In this document: positions 28,301 to 39,874 of the stretch, piece by piece | Position numbering within the stretch: position 1 is the first letter of the stretch | Layout of the letters: each line of letters begins with the position of its first letter | Assembly (NCBI GenBank): GCA_021613535.1 | Contig: CP075496.1 | Location: 9,114,001-9,178,000 of the forward strand | Reading direction: 5' to 3' | DNA: 64,000 bases | From: Adineta vaga | Taxonomy: Eukaryota > Animalia > Rotifera | Notes under the pieces: generated by a model | Told to the model about the DNA's origin: nothing | Database searches by the model: none | Seen by the model: the letters and a program-made list of their open reading frames with translations, nothing else | Position numbers and translations under genes: made by a program

Positions 28301-30093
28301 CCATCGCAGCGTGCATATATGTTATCACATACCTTGTTCATTTCACATCCATCTTCGTCGGTGCGTATTTGTCTATTCAGATTGTAATAAAAGTAGTGAG
28401 TAATTCCATCACAAAACTTTTGAAATGGAATCTCTTCTTTACTTTGTGCTCTGCTGAATAAACAAGCATGTTTCTTTCCTATGGGTGACAAGCATTCACC
28501 AGTATTGTCACACTTTTCTCGGTGTTGATGGTTGAGTGAACAACTGTTTGAAAATGTTTCATCATCTATATCGATGCAATCTATGATTTTATCCATAATG
28601 CGTAGTGTAGAAATCATCTTGCGAGAGTTATTACAGTGATACAGCACGGGATATTCTATTAATTTCGTCGAAATTGGAAAGAAACTTTTTGATACTAGAC
28701 AGGAGCGAAACTTTTGCTCAATCCACAATATTAATGCACTCCAAGGATATGCCTTGTCCCATTCGATGTCGTTATCGAGTTCTATCAGACAACTTAGGTT
28801 ACCACGAACTCTTTCAAATGAACGAAATTCACACAACTCTGCATCATAACATATATAATTAGGGAACAAATTCATCTCCAGATCGCTTCGCGAATGAACA
28901 TTTTCATAGAAGAAACGAACATGATTCGAGTAAACGGCAACGCTTGGAAACTGAAAGAAAAGAGGACATTGGGTAAGATACGCATTTGCAGAGTCATTCA
29001 TTAGCCATTGATGACACAATGTTCCATTGATTTGCTTGACAACTCCACTCAAACAAACCATTGTCATCCAACATTCATCGGCAAGATCATCTTGTCTCAT
29101 GATTGATTCAATCAATAACTGATCTCGACCACTATGACAATATTCATATCTTGTCACACATTCGCCATCACCACATGAAAATGTACCTCCATCTGCTCGA
29201 CATGAATGTTCTTCACATCGAAATGATGCATCTTGATAACACATCTTCACATATGAAACATCTAATTTTTCATCAGATCGATCAACACAATCTGCTTCAC
29301 CATCACCATCATTCCACAAATCTTCTGGAATACACATTCCATTATGACATCGATATTCATCATCTCTGCATACATTCATTTCTATCACAAAACAATTTTC
29401 TTCATCAATACCTTCATCAAAACAATCCACAACTCCATTACAAATCTCACGCCAATCAAGACACCACTTCCTTCCATTTTGATGGCATTCAACCAGATCA
29501 TAGCATGGCATCGACACTGGCATCATCGTGTTCGATGAAGGTGAATAGGGTTGTTTTTGTTGAAATGTTGCTTCGATGATTTCATTAAATGACGAGATGT
29601 TTGTGTATCGAGGTTCGAACGAATATTGACATCGAACACCAAACCATGGAGGAGTACAGTTATAGAAGTATTCATTCAATGATTCGATACCTTTCGTATT
29701 CAAATAAGCTTGATAACGTTCAGCTATTTTCATCGAAATCGACCATGACAAAAGTTGCTGAGAAGTGATGCCAGTCAAACTGATCGTTTCGAATGATAGT
29801 TGACGAGCAAGTGGATGAACAGATGAATCCATTGGATCATCAGCTAAACGATGCATTGGACGAAAACAAAATGGTATAACATCAACAGTGATATCATACA
29901 AGTGTTGATAAGCTAGTTTTGCTCGATAAACATAATAATCCAAACAATCATATTCTAATGCATTACTCTTGTCATTTGTTTCTTCGATGAGATTGTACAT
30001 GTTCAGTTGACATGTCATCAATATCAACCAAAATGAAAATAGTAGAAAAATCAGAAATATTCTTTTACCTTGAATCAAGAATATAGTGTTCAT
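25372..30093 (-). CDS. Giant LDLa-repeat / EGF-repeat / 7TM GPCR, copy A (1573 aa, intronless)
   Basis: Signal peptide; LDLa modules (CLDWREICNGVVDC..GIDE, CHNGMCI..DCVDRSDE, CDGYWACSDGRDE); EGF modules (CLCPPSYYGDLCE); C-terminal class-A 7TM with CVAIER. Confidence 0.92.
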   Translation of the reverse strand: MNTIFLIQGKRIFLIFLLFSFWLILMTCQLNMYNLIEETNDKSNALEYDCLDYYVYRAKLAYQHLYDITVDVIPFCFRPMHRLADDPMDSSVHPLARQLSFETISLTGITSQQLLSWSISMKIAERYQAYLNTKGIESLNEYFYNCTPPWFGVRCQYSFEPRYTNISSFNEIIEATFQQKQPYSPSSNTMMPVSMPCYDLVECHQNGRKWCLDWREICNGVVDCFDEGIDEENCFVIEMNVCRDDEYRCHNGMCIPEDLWNDGDGEADCVDRSDEKLDVSYVKMCYQDASFRCEEHSCRADGGTFSCGDGECVTRYEYCHSGRDQLLIESIMRQDDLADECWMTMVCLSGVVKQINGTLCHQWLMNDSANAYLTQCPLFFQFPSVAVYSNHVRFFYENVHSRSDLEMNLFPNYICYDAELCEFRSFERVRGNLSCLIELDNDIEWDKAYPWSALILWIEQKFRSCLVSKSFFPISTKLIEYPVLYHCNNSRKMISTLRIMDKIIDCIDIDDETFSNSCSLNHQHREKCDNTGECLSPIGKKHACLFSRAQSKEEIPFQKFCDGITHYFYYNLNRQIRTDEDGCEMNKVCDNIYARCDGYWACSDGRDESNCSQSLCPPKHHPCISPDNYTMFCLPHTLVNDGRDDCLGATDEQIECRERYYSNEISQNLRCLNDSSCLKSSELCDKTTNCPVLNDDEAFCQDSQFTFTCEQNGSYHRNEIEQILCGLNEHDKYRYRFFTLITSPVYPSSISSHLTNEINYHLQAQEEEEEEEEEEEFMIKQNTTMIEEDDQWTHYCNRGIKIEKYTNNGTFSNCLCPPSYYGDLCEYQNQRLSLSLQLSSINRYETYGIVILLIDNDEIIIEFNQLQYIAKDSCTMKFNQYLLYPTRPKNLSTNYSIRIDVIEKNWMSYIGHWYFTIPFLFLPVNRMSLSLNLSSNVVERGNQCSMECSNGQECVKYVNEEKSFCRWMKSNSGHKCSNDSIFIGKKRAKESICVCPLNEYGSNCLISSKCSINHCQNHGQCIRNDLNMFHRNYSCICPNKYYGLHCEYRKWELDVSIDEIEIPSYLIAYFYTTSNQSQPIQTIILRKLTLFQHIVTFHISIPFHLVFIQIQHDFYLVYLQHRSQMSMLTSLNPKQKCHSIDNYLNSTILQLHPYERINYFHKLCFLHWHLQCFIDKMYLCLCTNDHHANCLEFSEKYSSSQHHFQCISNDNYCLNQGECYQDHPQCPSTKICLCANCFFGQQCQLYAKGLGSTLDEILGYEFRHNKGFFSQSFSIQISALTTMIIFLIGIINAILSMMTFSQAKVHEVGCGLYLFSSSMTSLLTITFFTIKFWLLFLSYQNISNLRMVLILNCRCIEVLLKLFLFIDNWLNACVAIERTCSVIQGLYFDRSRSRRIAKVIVPLIFLFNVTLLIPQIIFLHVFQDELEERSWCVIEYKIWLKIYTMVMIFIHYFIPFCIQICSTILIILFTARQRTASQTDKTFWSHLKRKILKYKQLLISPMIIVCLTFPHLIISIILDCKKSSRLFSFYLIGYFLSFIPAACVFIIFVLPSPLYRKQFRQRISHLRRQLSSR
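27766..27798 (-). repeat. (GAA)11 coding microsatellite, poly-Glu in copy A
   Basis: ttc x11 on the + strand. Confidence 0.9.
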
Positions 30094-30836
30094 TGTTAAT
30101 CTTGTAGTTTGTTTTTATTGAATCTCACGCAAAGCAGAAAGTTTTAACTTCTATATGGTGATGAGAATATGATAGTGAGATATAAAAGTAGGAGAGACAG
30201 AGAGGAAAATGCTTGGTATAAGTTATGTGATGTTTGCAGTGAGGAGAAAAAAAGGAAGGAAATGGTTTTTACAAAAGATACATGTACAGAAACATGATTG
30301 TCAAATTTGTATGAACCCTATGGAATTTTGATGGAGCTGTGTGTAGAGATGAGGAAATGATAATTTATCTTTACATTTACTGAACGTGGGTTTGCCGCAG
30401 CTTTGCGAAGGTCAAGTATGTGAAGAAATATTGTATAAGTGTCCTTGTGAAAATAATTGAATAAGAGTATATAACTTCGCATCTGGTCTTTTGTTCGGTC
30501 GCAAGACTAACACTCTTAAATACGGATTTATGAGAGAATTTATACTATTTATTTTTGCCAGTATTATGAATTTATGTGTGCCAATGAAAGATATTCGACG
30601 GCTTTCGGAAAAATCTGATTCTAAAGATGTGAATATGAGTTCCGTCTGCATTAGTCCCCCCTATTTCTCACATTCTCACTCAAATATTCAAGATGCAATT
30701 CTCTTATTTGCGATTCGTTATCGGTAGTTTTTCTCGAGAGATTAGAGGTCTCGGCTGAATGATTGATTCCATGATCATATATTCTGATACGTGCGATATC
30801 ACGCTATAAAATCTGATAGTCAATTTTTCAACGTGT

Positions 30837-31586
30837 CTATCCAGAGTCATATGTGATCAGCAACTTTTGTATCATTCGGTATAAGGCAGCATCCCAAATC
30901 TGATATCCATTCGCATTCAAATGCAAATCGTCTTCTAAATGCTCCCATCCTATCTGTTCCGGCGAATCCATCCAACGAACACGATGCTGTTGCTGCATTT
31001 GCGACTCCATTTTTTCTTGATTAACTTTAGTAACTAGTTCTTTTATAGCTGAATTTGATTGCATCGTACATTGTTCGTTAACATCTTTTCGTTTAGAGAA
31101 GCCTAGAATGAGTATCTGCGTACGAATGGGAAAATCTCTCAGTATGGCTTGCAAAAGAAGATAATAATCATCTAAATGTTGCTGTTGTAAAGCTTGATTT
31201 GGTCGAAGATTATTAGTGCCTATCAGTAACACAATAACTTTAGGATTATGAGGTTTCAACAGTCGAAATAATCCTAGGTTGACGCGATAAAGTACATTCT
31301 CAATTTTATCACCGCCTACGCCACCATTGAAGATTTGAGGATAGTGCAATTGTCCAAGCTGTGTGTTCTGTCCAGTAGTTTTGAAACGCTCAATTGCAGA
31401 ACTACCAATCAAAACGATATCAATTTGTGATGAATGGTGTTCAGATGAGACACTGTTATCAGAAGATGCTAAATGAATAATTTTTAATTGTGGTAGATGC
31501 ACATTAATATGTGTATCATGAGAGCGTTGTTTAAAACGAGCCCGTTCAGCAATACGTTGATCAAGTTCCAGCAGCGTCGAAGACAT
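30837..31586 (-). CDS. SGNH/GDSL hydrolase (PAF-acetylhydrolase-like), intronless
   Basis: Blocks LIGSSAI, GVGGDKIENVLYR, IGTNNL, DDLHLN; start could also be ATG 31667. Confidence 0.85.
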   Translation of the reverse strand: MSSTLLELDQRIAERARFKQRSHDTHINVHLPQLKIIHLASSDNSVSSEHHSSQIDIVLIGSSAIERFKTTGQNTQLGQLHYPQIFNGGVGGDKIENVLYRVNLGLFRLLKPHNPKVIVLLIGTNNLRPNQALQQQHLDDYYLLLQAILRDFPIRTQILILGFSKRKDVNEQCTMQSNSAIKELVTKVNQEKMESQMQQQHRVRWMDSPEQIGWEHLEDDLHLNANGYQIWDAALYRMIQKLLITYDSG

Positions 31587-32126
31587 TCTCTTCACTTCAT
31601 GTATCAAATTTCTTCTGATTCTCGCGTAAATTTTATGAATGTATAAGTATAATTTGATGGTAGACATAATAAAAATGTCTCCTCTATTAAAATAAACACT
31701 TCAACTGCATAAACGTGTAGATCAAAAGTGAAAAAATATGTTTGAATGTGATTGCTTACGTTAACTTCGTATGACAATTGACAAACATACTTTTGTACAT
31801 GTAGATAATGTTAATAAAGAAAATTATCTGATTAACACTACACGATCAATCGTCGTGCCATTTTTTAAGAAATTATTAAAAAAAAATTATAAATATACTT
31901 TTCCTTCCATATTTTCAGTGACTATGGAAACGAGCACGAAAGGTGTATAAGTTAGATATGGTATGTAGTGATTGTGTACTTATATGAACTATAAGAATAC
32001 TATATTCACATAAGATAGATTTATTACTATTTGAATAATTTGTCGACCGTAACTCATACTATGTACAAAACATTGATTAGAAAAAGAAATTCTTTTCTCA
32101 AAACACACGTAGATATGATCGTATAG

Positions 32127-33307
32127 TTATTCATTAATGTCTTCATATCTTGGTAAGATTTCACTGATAATAAAATCTTCATAGCTTGGTGGTGAATTTT
32201 CTTCTTCATCAATTGATAAATGTTCAAGAATTTCAGGTAAAGATTTTAATTCATCCATGATTTTTAATGTTCGTTGATGATCAGTTGTACAAATAATTGG
32301 TAGTGTTAAAGTAAAATGACTATTAAATAAACCATGTATATGACATTGAATATGAAGTTCATATCGAACATTCTTATACAATGATGTAGGAGCCATAACT
32401 TGACATTTCTCTAATGGAATTGATAATTCATAAATATTTTGATGATATTCATTATTAAATCCTTTAGATTTAAATACTGTTAATAATGAAGAAAAAATCG
32501 TAAAGTCAGTCTCTTCATCTGTTATCGTTCTATATTGTTTGAGTATTGCTCGAATTGACTTAATAGTTACTTTCATTGGATTATGTATTTCAATTTCTAA
32601 TAGATGAGTACAACCAGGCACCATTAGGCCATTATTTGAAAGGATTCCATATAATTTTACACCCTCATACTGAATGCTACCTTCGATGTTGTAATTTTGT
32701 AATAATTGATGCGAAAGAGTTGAGATGGAAGTTGGAGTATATAGAGTAAATGGAACTTTTCGAGATAAATTTGAACGATATAAATAAACACGAGCATAAT
32801 AACATATATATGAATCATTTTCATCATGATGTGGTAATGATGAAGGAAGTGAAGAATCCAAAAGACCATCAAATACCCATCGATAAGCTGGACGTGGATT
32901 GTTGATATCCTGAAAATAAAACAAGAGAACAATCAATTCCAAGTTTTTCTTTTTCAGATAAAAACAAATAGGAGTAACATTTTCACAAAACTAAACAATG
33001 TCAATAAAAAGCTAACCAATTGTTGATTGTCAGTTGGAATTTTGATTACTTGCACCCGTTTACGAAAAAATATTTGTACATTATTAAGATTTCTCTGTTG
33101 ATAAATATTTGTTTTTACATCTTTTGATTCACCGATTAATTCAACATATAATGGTCCATATCTGAAGTTTAAATCATGACCTTTATCGTTCGTTACAATA
33201 TCAATAATACCATGAATTCGATCACCACTCAAATAAAAATCATAGGGTGTTTCACGAGTTAATTTTACTTTAAATGATGATAATACTGATGGAGTAATAT
33301 TACCCAT
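32127..33307 (-). CDS. Alpha-arrestin (arrestin-domain) protein, 2 exons
   Basis: MGN start at 33307; YLSGDRIHG, VELIGE; intron 32910-33016; C-domain APTS..VRYELHI..TLPII; tail PY motifs PPSY and LPRY. Confidence 0.8.
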
Positions 33308-34045
33308 GTTTATCGAGATAGATTTAAGAAATGTGGTAGAATTCCAGTGTAAACCAAAGGCGTAGAAGAAAAGAAAGTTAAGGACAAACGATGAAAGAAA
33401 AAAGACGGAAAAAAGAAATAGCGAGAAATAGTTGGCACACATGATGACGCTACTTTGACTAGAAACGAAGAAAACAAGCAATCGGCTTGATAGAACGGAA
33501 GGAAAAAAAATCAGAAACGATCTTTCTCTCTCTCCACCCTGCTCCCCACTACCACCATGTAGTGGAAGAACGCAAAAAAGAACAGAAAAGATCTCAAAGG
33601 AGTTCAGGACATAACTGAATTGGCAAGAAAAGATATTTTGCATAGGAAAATTATTCCGTATATTATTGACTACAGAAACAATTCGATCTGTAGATGATCG
33701 TGTCTGTGGAAACTGACAGCTATCTTATAGAATAAATTTATTTTTATAGATAAAGTCACACATTAAAAGAAAGGAGAATGTATAAAAAGAATCATATTAT
33801 CTTCTATTTACATCATATAGTACAACTTTGTTGTATGAGATGAGCATATCAATAGGAACAATGCTCAAGGTATTAGTCCATATTTTATCATATTTTCAAA
33901 AACTATTTATTAAAGTGCCCTCTATATTTGAGTGAAACTATACTAACTCAAAACGATAAATTCAAGAAGTCAGAATTTCATAAAAAAACAAAAAAATGTT
34001 CATAGTTATATTCATAATTAATTGAATTTATGTTCAAAACTTTCA

Positions 34046-34633
34046 TTATTTAGATCCATGCAATTGTTCAAAGTGGAAACGTCCTGCAGCTAAAGTACAA
34101 ATACCAAAACTAAAGATGGTTAACAGATGAGCAGTTATATAGAGATCGGCGGAGTAATCATTGAAGACAATTATTCGAGCTCCTTCGGCAAGACCAGCTA
34201 GCATGAATAAGCAGGCAAGAAAGAGTAAAATAGGCGCAATTAAATTCATCCATGCACTCAAGCTAACGACGGCCATGATCAATGTGGCAACTATACCGAA
34301 AGCAATGAAAATAATACCAATGACGGAGAGACCAGCAGCATTCTGCAAACGGACACTCGTATCATTAGCAGAAGTGTAGAGACCACTAAAAGGTGAGTCA
34401 TAATAGAAAAGATTTCCATCTCGATTAAGACATTGATTTAAAGAACCATTTGTGAAAAAACTACACGCATAGAAGAAATTATTTGTCGACGATCGCTGAG
34501 CACTACCTGAAGAATATTGATATGTCGATTGCCAGTTTGGTGTTCCTATACCAACACAAGCTAGTAGAAGAGCGATTGCACTAAATGCAATAGAAATAAA
34601 CGCAATGATTCGACTAATATTATGTGGTTGCAT
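34046..34633 (-). CDS. Claudin/PMP22-like four-TM protein
   Basis: TM1 then TPNW, an extracellular loop with two Cys, and three further TM helices; ATG 34633. Confidence 0.75.
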   Translation of the reverse strand: MQPHNISRIIAFISIAFSAIALLLACVGIGTPNWQSTYQYSSGSAQRSSTNNFFYACSFFTNGSLNQCLNRDGNLFYYDSPFSGLYTSANDTSVRLQNAAGLSVIGIIFIAFGIVATLIMAVVSLSAWMNLIAPILLFLACLFMLAGLAEGARIIVFNDYSADLYITAHLLTIFSFGICTLAAGRFHFEQLHGSK

Positions 34634-35188
34634 CGATAGTTCAGTTTTCTTTTGTTTGACAAACGATATTTTTCTTCTTATCAATAGTGCAAATGTCTTT
34701 ATTATTGTTATAGACTATTTTAAGTTGTTGCATTTCTTGTTTTCTTTTTCAATGGTGAAAACGAATAGTATTGACTATAGTTACCAAGGACATGTGATTC
34801 TATCATCCGTATTGTTACGAATTGTAAATGAAAAAGTAAGGAATACAGTTTCTAATACATGAAACATCGAAAAAAAGAGCGCATTTTATGTTCGTTCTCT
34901 TATCAAACGATGATGTACAACTTTCAAAGTATAGTTTGAAGAATCATTGAAACTATTTTGATTGTTTCAATACATTTTTTTATTGATTCTTTTCTTTCAG
35001 TACGTATACACAGCTGAGTTTCGATAATTCATTGCCTCTCGATCGTTTTAAATCTTCAAAAGATTTTCTATTTTAAATGAAATCATACGACTTTATTTAT
35101 AATTATATTTTAGAAAACGTGTATATTTTCACTTGTAGACAGTTAGTTTTTGTTTTTATATTGAAATAAAATGATTTGGAAAAAAGTA

Positions 35189-35767
35189 CTACTCTTTTTT
35201 CGTATATGCTGTACATTCAATTTCAACTTTTGCACTTGCTGGTAGTGTTTTCACAGCAAAAGTTGTTCTGGCTGGATAATCTTCCATGGAAGAAAAATAT
35301 GAAGCATAAATTGCATTAACCGATTGAAAATCATTCATATCAGTTAAAAGTACAAGACATCGTTGTACTTGACTTAAATTTGCACCAGCAGCATTTAAAA
35401 CAGCTTGAATATTACGAAAGACTTGTTGAGTTTGATTTCGAACATCATCTGATACTAATTGACCCGTTGCAGGATTAATTCCAATTTGTCCACTCAAAAA
35501 GAGAATATAATTTATTTGAACGGCCTGATTATATGGTCCAATTGGTTTAGGAGCATCCTTTGAATAAAATTCATATTTAAATACATAGAGAACTTAAATT
35601 GAATGAGTGCTTTCACTTACTGGTGTTGATATAACTTTTTTCTTAACATCATAATCGCGAAGTTCTTCTTTGTGAACAATTCCTGTTGATCTAATTTTGG
35701 AAGCATTACAGTTATATTGACTAAAGATGCCAATGAGGCAAATACATAAAATCAAAATTCTATTCAT
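35189..35767 (-). CDS. RidA/YjgF/UK114 imine deaminase with N-terminal signal peptide, 2 exons
   Basis: Exon 1 MNRILILCICLIGIFSQYNCNA...KKVISTP; intron 35558-35620; then DAPKPIGPYNQAV, SGQIG, DMNDF..VN..Y, YPARTT (catalytic Arg), VEIE. Confidence 0.9.
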
Positions 35768-36296
35768 TCTAAAAAAGAAACGAAGAAAAGCATCATATTA
35801 TGGATTTATTCAGTCAACAATGTTGTTACATAGTTGTTAGAATATACACTTACACTATAAGAAAAAGAAAAAAAACGAAAGGTATTTAACAGAACTGATA
35901 AGAAGGTGTGCTGATGTGCTTATGTTTATCAAATAACATGAAAATATTTTTACTTCATAAGTATTGCGTTGACATATTTTGTTCTACTTTATGTATTTTA
36001 TACAAAATGAAATTTTGTCAACGTAATAAACATCGCAAACTGACTATAGTATAGCATTTCAAAAAGCATTATCATTCTGACGATATAGGTAACAATGATG
36101 ATACCATTTTTCCTTTCTATAACCATTTGTTTTTACTATTTGAAATCTTAAAGTCTTACTAAAATTTAAGATGCATCGAGCAACAACTCAGAACGCAAAT
36201 AACAAAGAAGAACATTAGTGTTAGATTAGATCATTTTATTTTATATCATAAGTACTAATAGTTTTGTTGACAAATGAATTTCTTATTCGAGATTTG

Positions 36297-36647
36297 TTAA
36301 GCACGTGGTACTGTCCAGATATTTTCTAATTGTTGACCTTTCTCACCGAAATCGATGCATTTACCATCACCACGACCTGTAAAACCGCCTGATGGAACAC
36401 AAATTTGACGACATTCTCCATCAAACAATGGATTGAACCGATCACAACAGCTGCTTGTAGCTAAATAAGTTATTTTACCACGATACATATAACTATCAAT
36501 ACGGATGTATGGACTAAGACGAGGTGTAGAATTAAGTCCATCGATCATTTTGTGGATACATTTTGGAATTTCTGCTGTTTTAGCTGTTGCTGATGAAAAA
36601 GAAGCAGCAATAGCAATGAAAATAATAGCAAGAATAAAAGTTCTCAT
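36297..36647 (-). CDS. Small secreted Cys-rich protein, DUF6970-like
   Basis: Signal peptide plus IPKCI...YMYRGKITY...CCDRFNPLFDGECRQICVPSGGFTGRGDGKC. Confidence 0.75.
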   Translation of the reverse strand: MRTFILAIIFIAIAASFSSATAKTAEIPKCIHKMIDGLNSTPRLSPYIRIDSYMYRGKITYLATSSCCDRFNPLFDGECRQICVPSGGFTGRGDGKCIDFGEKGQQLENIWTVPRA

Positions 36648-39261
36648 GTTGCTTTATAATCCAATAATATCTACAAAGTTCAAGAAAAGAAGGCAATGCA
36701 TATTTTCTTTTTCTTATGGTATTATCAAAACAAGATTCAGTATTTGTATAAATTTGGCACAAAATATTGCATCGAAATCAATATAAATAATAGAAAGGAG
36801 AGGTGCTAAATTCTACACTGATATTTTCATTTTCCAATTCGTTATCATATGACTCTATTGCCTCTTCTAAAGCCTTTGCCATACGTATTTGGTTCTCATG
36901 ATAAATCAAGATATTGTTATCATATTTGATTCTAGTTTAATTGTATGGCTCGTAAAATGATATGAAGCAAGAACGCGTGCTGTGTTATTTACTTGTAATC
37001 TTTCTATATACAATTTCATGAATAGAAAAACTAGATATATCACTGAAAGAGCAGATATCGTCAAAACTCATAATTATATGCTCAACATACATACAAAAAT
37101 GCGTTAATAGAGTAGACAATTAATATTAATATTTTTTTCAGCAAAATAAAGATATTTCGTCTTATAATATGCCTTATTCTAGTATTGGTGAATACATAAT
37201 GCATGCAGACCGAAATAATCCATATCGTATACATCAGTAGAACAAATCACATGTAATGCTATTCATTGTTATATTAAGACATTTAAACAAAATAGTGAAT
37301 GTGTTGATACTATTATTGGAGATTCGAAAACGATTTTTTTTGTTTGAAATTAAGTGAACTATTTCTGTTTTATATAGCTATCGATACTATGATTACTAAA
37401 AAGGTTCTGGTTTTTCTCATTGAAAATCGTGGTGATGAAGCACCAATGTGTAAAGCATGTAGGGCAAATATTTATGCAAGAGAAAAAGATCATAGCAAGA
37501 TATTGTTTTCAATGATTCGTATTAAATTTTTTCGCTCAATAAAACATGAGATTCTCTTATGGTAAGCTTACTGAAGGAAAATATAAACGTGTCGAAAATA
37601 GCTTCTACCTAAAGTCAATGATCTGCATATATAAATAGGGTCTATCGAAATAGATATATGCCATTGTTTTTTGCTTCGGCATATTCTAATTTCAAGCGAA
37701 ACGAACTTCACATGTTTGTGTGAAAAAATATTTCACATAGTATTTTTTCTTCATTGAATGTGGTGTAACGTAAGAATTTGCTAGATGCTCTAGTATTTTC
37801 ACGATGAAATTGTACCAGTCATTGAATGTCATCTTATCATTCAATAAATTATATTATGGAAAGAAGAGAGAAAAACGTGTTCGTATAACAATCATTGATC
37901 CAAATTATCCTAGATTTCAGGAGTCAATTTTCGACTTTTCATCAACAAAAATAAACGCTTTATAAAAACAGACTTCAACTTTTATGAAGACAACTACACT
38001 TAAATGAATCAATTCATTCGTAAAATATTATTGTATCGCTGAAACTGTTTTTTATTTGTTATTGTTCAATAGCAACATTATGGAAAAACGCTTTGTGTTC
38101 GGAATGAAATCAATAGCATCTTCTTTTTTGAACGACTTTCCAACAAATTCTTATCGTACATTCGTATTCTCTATGTTCACTCTCGTCGTTTTCTTTTCAA
38201 GTTAATTAGTAGTTTTCTATTCAAAATACATCACTAGAATATAAGGTTTCATATGATGTAGTTTATTTGCCATCTAAACTATATAGATATAACTACGTCA
38301 ATTCATAAAAGATGTTCTAATAATAAGATAGAATGCGAATTTCATTATTTCGAAAAACTGGGGAAAAATAAACAATATATGATTCATATATGAGAAGATG
38401 AAATTTCTCAAAATATTACCCCCTGTGTTATGTTTTGTGACTTTTTGTAAAAAGAATTCTACGTTATCATGTAATCAATGTACGACACAGGGACGTTTTG
38501 TTTTCGGTGAAACTTGCTAAAATATGAAATAACATTTATCACGCATATCTTTTATTTGACTCATCTTCCTCTTACTTTTTCTACGTAGTCAAAAGAATGA
38601 TCTTAGTCAGAATCTTTTGAAAATAAAATAACAATCGTCTTGATAAAAGAGAATAATCCATCTCGCCGATATATATGAACCATCAACCATAGTAAAATTT
38701 CGATTATTTTTATGAACATTTGATGTTATAGAGTCTTGCAGATAAAATTGTAAGCTGTTGTATTTATTTATTTTTCTTTTACAAATTGGTTTTTTCCTTG
38801 TAAATAGTTTCGAAATTGAAGTATGTGGGTGTATTGACACATTTAAAATATTTTTAATATTGCATGATTTTGTATTATTCTACCTGTATCCTTACGATAT
38901 CTTACCACTTCCTATTTTTCTCACTTTGTATAGCTTATTTACCATGCTGGTATACGAATTCGATCAACGAACGAATAACATCACAATAATGACAAAATAT
39001 CAAATATTCGTATGGAAATGTAATGAAAAAGTTGTCAGACTGGGAATCTTCAGATTCTTTTGCGAAGAGTCATAATCTACCTTCGTTTTGTTATCATTCG
39101 GAAGCTTCAACAAAGAAATGTATTTTTATTTTCATGTAACATATATAAACACTTTCATTCGTCGTAAAGTATTTCATATTTGAAAAATTCTAAAGAAAGT
39201 GATTAAACAATAAAATTATTTTTACATAATCTAATTTTAATTACTTTCAAAATTAATTATA

Positions 39262-39670
39262 ATGAATTCAAAACTCCGTATCTTAATCATTGTATTGATT
39301 ATTATACTATTCGTTACTGATACCATACATCAACGTGTTAGAACACCATCACATAGTAAGAGAAAATTTAATCTTTATTTCTTTCAGACTGATATATAAT
39401 GAATTGTTGCTCTTTTAGAAATATCGAAAAACAAAAACCCATGAAATTATTCATAAATAACATAGTACAGTAGTGAGAGTGAATCGAATTAGATTCAATG
39501 CTGTTAATATGATATTTAGATAAATTCTACCAAAGAAGAAGCGTCCACATTATTGCAAAGGAATAAACTTCGAAGAAGAAAACAAATGCAACCAACATTG
39601 TAAAAAGCAAAAGTATAACACTGGATATTGTGAACCGTATCAAAAGTATCGTTGTCTTTGTCGTGGCTAA
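39262..39670 (+). pseudogene. CS-alpha/beta defensin-like prepropeptide; exon joining is out of frame as written
   Basis: Signal exon 39262-39355 (MNSKLRILIIVLIIILFVTD, donor gtaag). Core 39527-39670: LPKKKRPHYCKGINFEEENKCNQHCKKQKYNTGYCEPYQKYRCLCRG*. AATAAA near 39742. Confidence 0.7.
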
Positions 39671-39874
39671 TTTACATTACCGATTTAACATACGTTTTGT
39701 TCTGGGAATTTTGTATGAATATTTCTCAAAAAAAAATCTCTAATAAAATAAACAAAATATAAATCCATAACACTAACGTCTGAATGTCAATCATTTATAT
39801 AGAGAAATTTATCGTCTCTCAGTCTATCGAACGTAGTAGCATGAAAATCGAATAAGAGCAATAGATGTTTCTAA

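Larger units (their letters stand above)
25174..30388 (-). repeat. Left arm of a ~5.2 kb inverted segmental duplication
   Basis: Reverse complement matches 50657-55831 from cacgttcagtaaatgtaaagataa through gaaggatgaattatttgt, including ~290 bp of 5' and ~200 bp of 3' flank. Confidence 0.95.

Noticed and set aside
29103-29579. His-rich 158-aa antisense ORF, mirrored at 51432-51908
   Set aside because: It is the reverse frame of the Asp/Cys/Glu-rich LDLa coding strand; its conservation just reflects the duplication.
32954-33643. 229-aa ORF with a long hydrophobic N-terminus
   Set aside because: The upstream part is pyrimidine-rich UTR/promoter read-through; real coding most likely starts at MGN (33307) and splices at 33016.
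36900-39100. Short ORFs including a CxxC-containing piece at 37344-37565
   Set aside because: No coherent gene model or recognisable domain.
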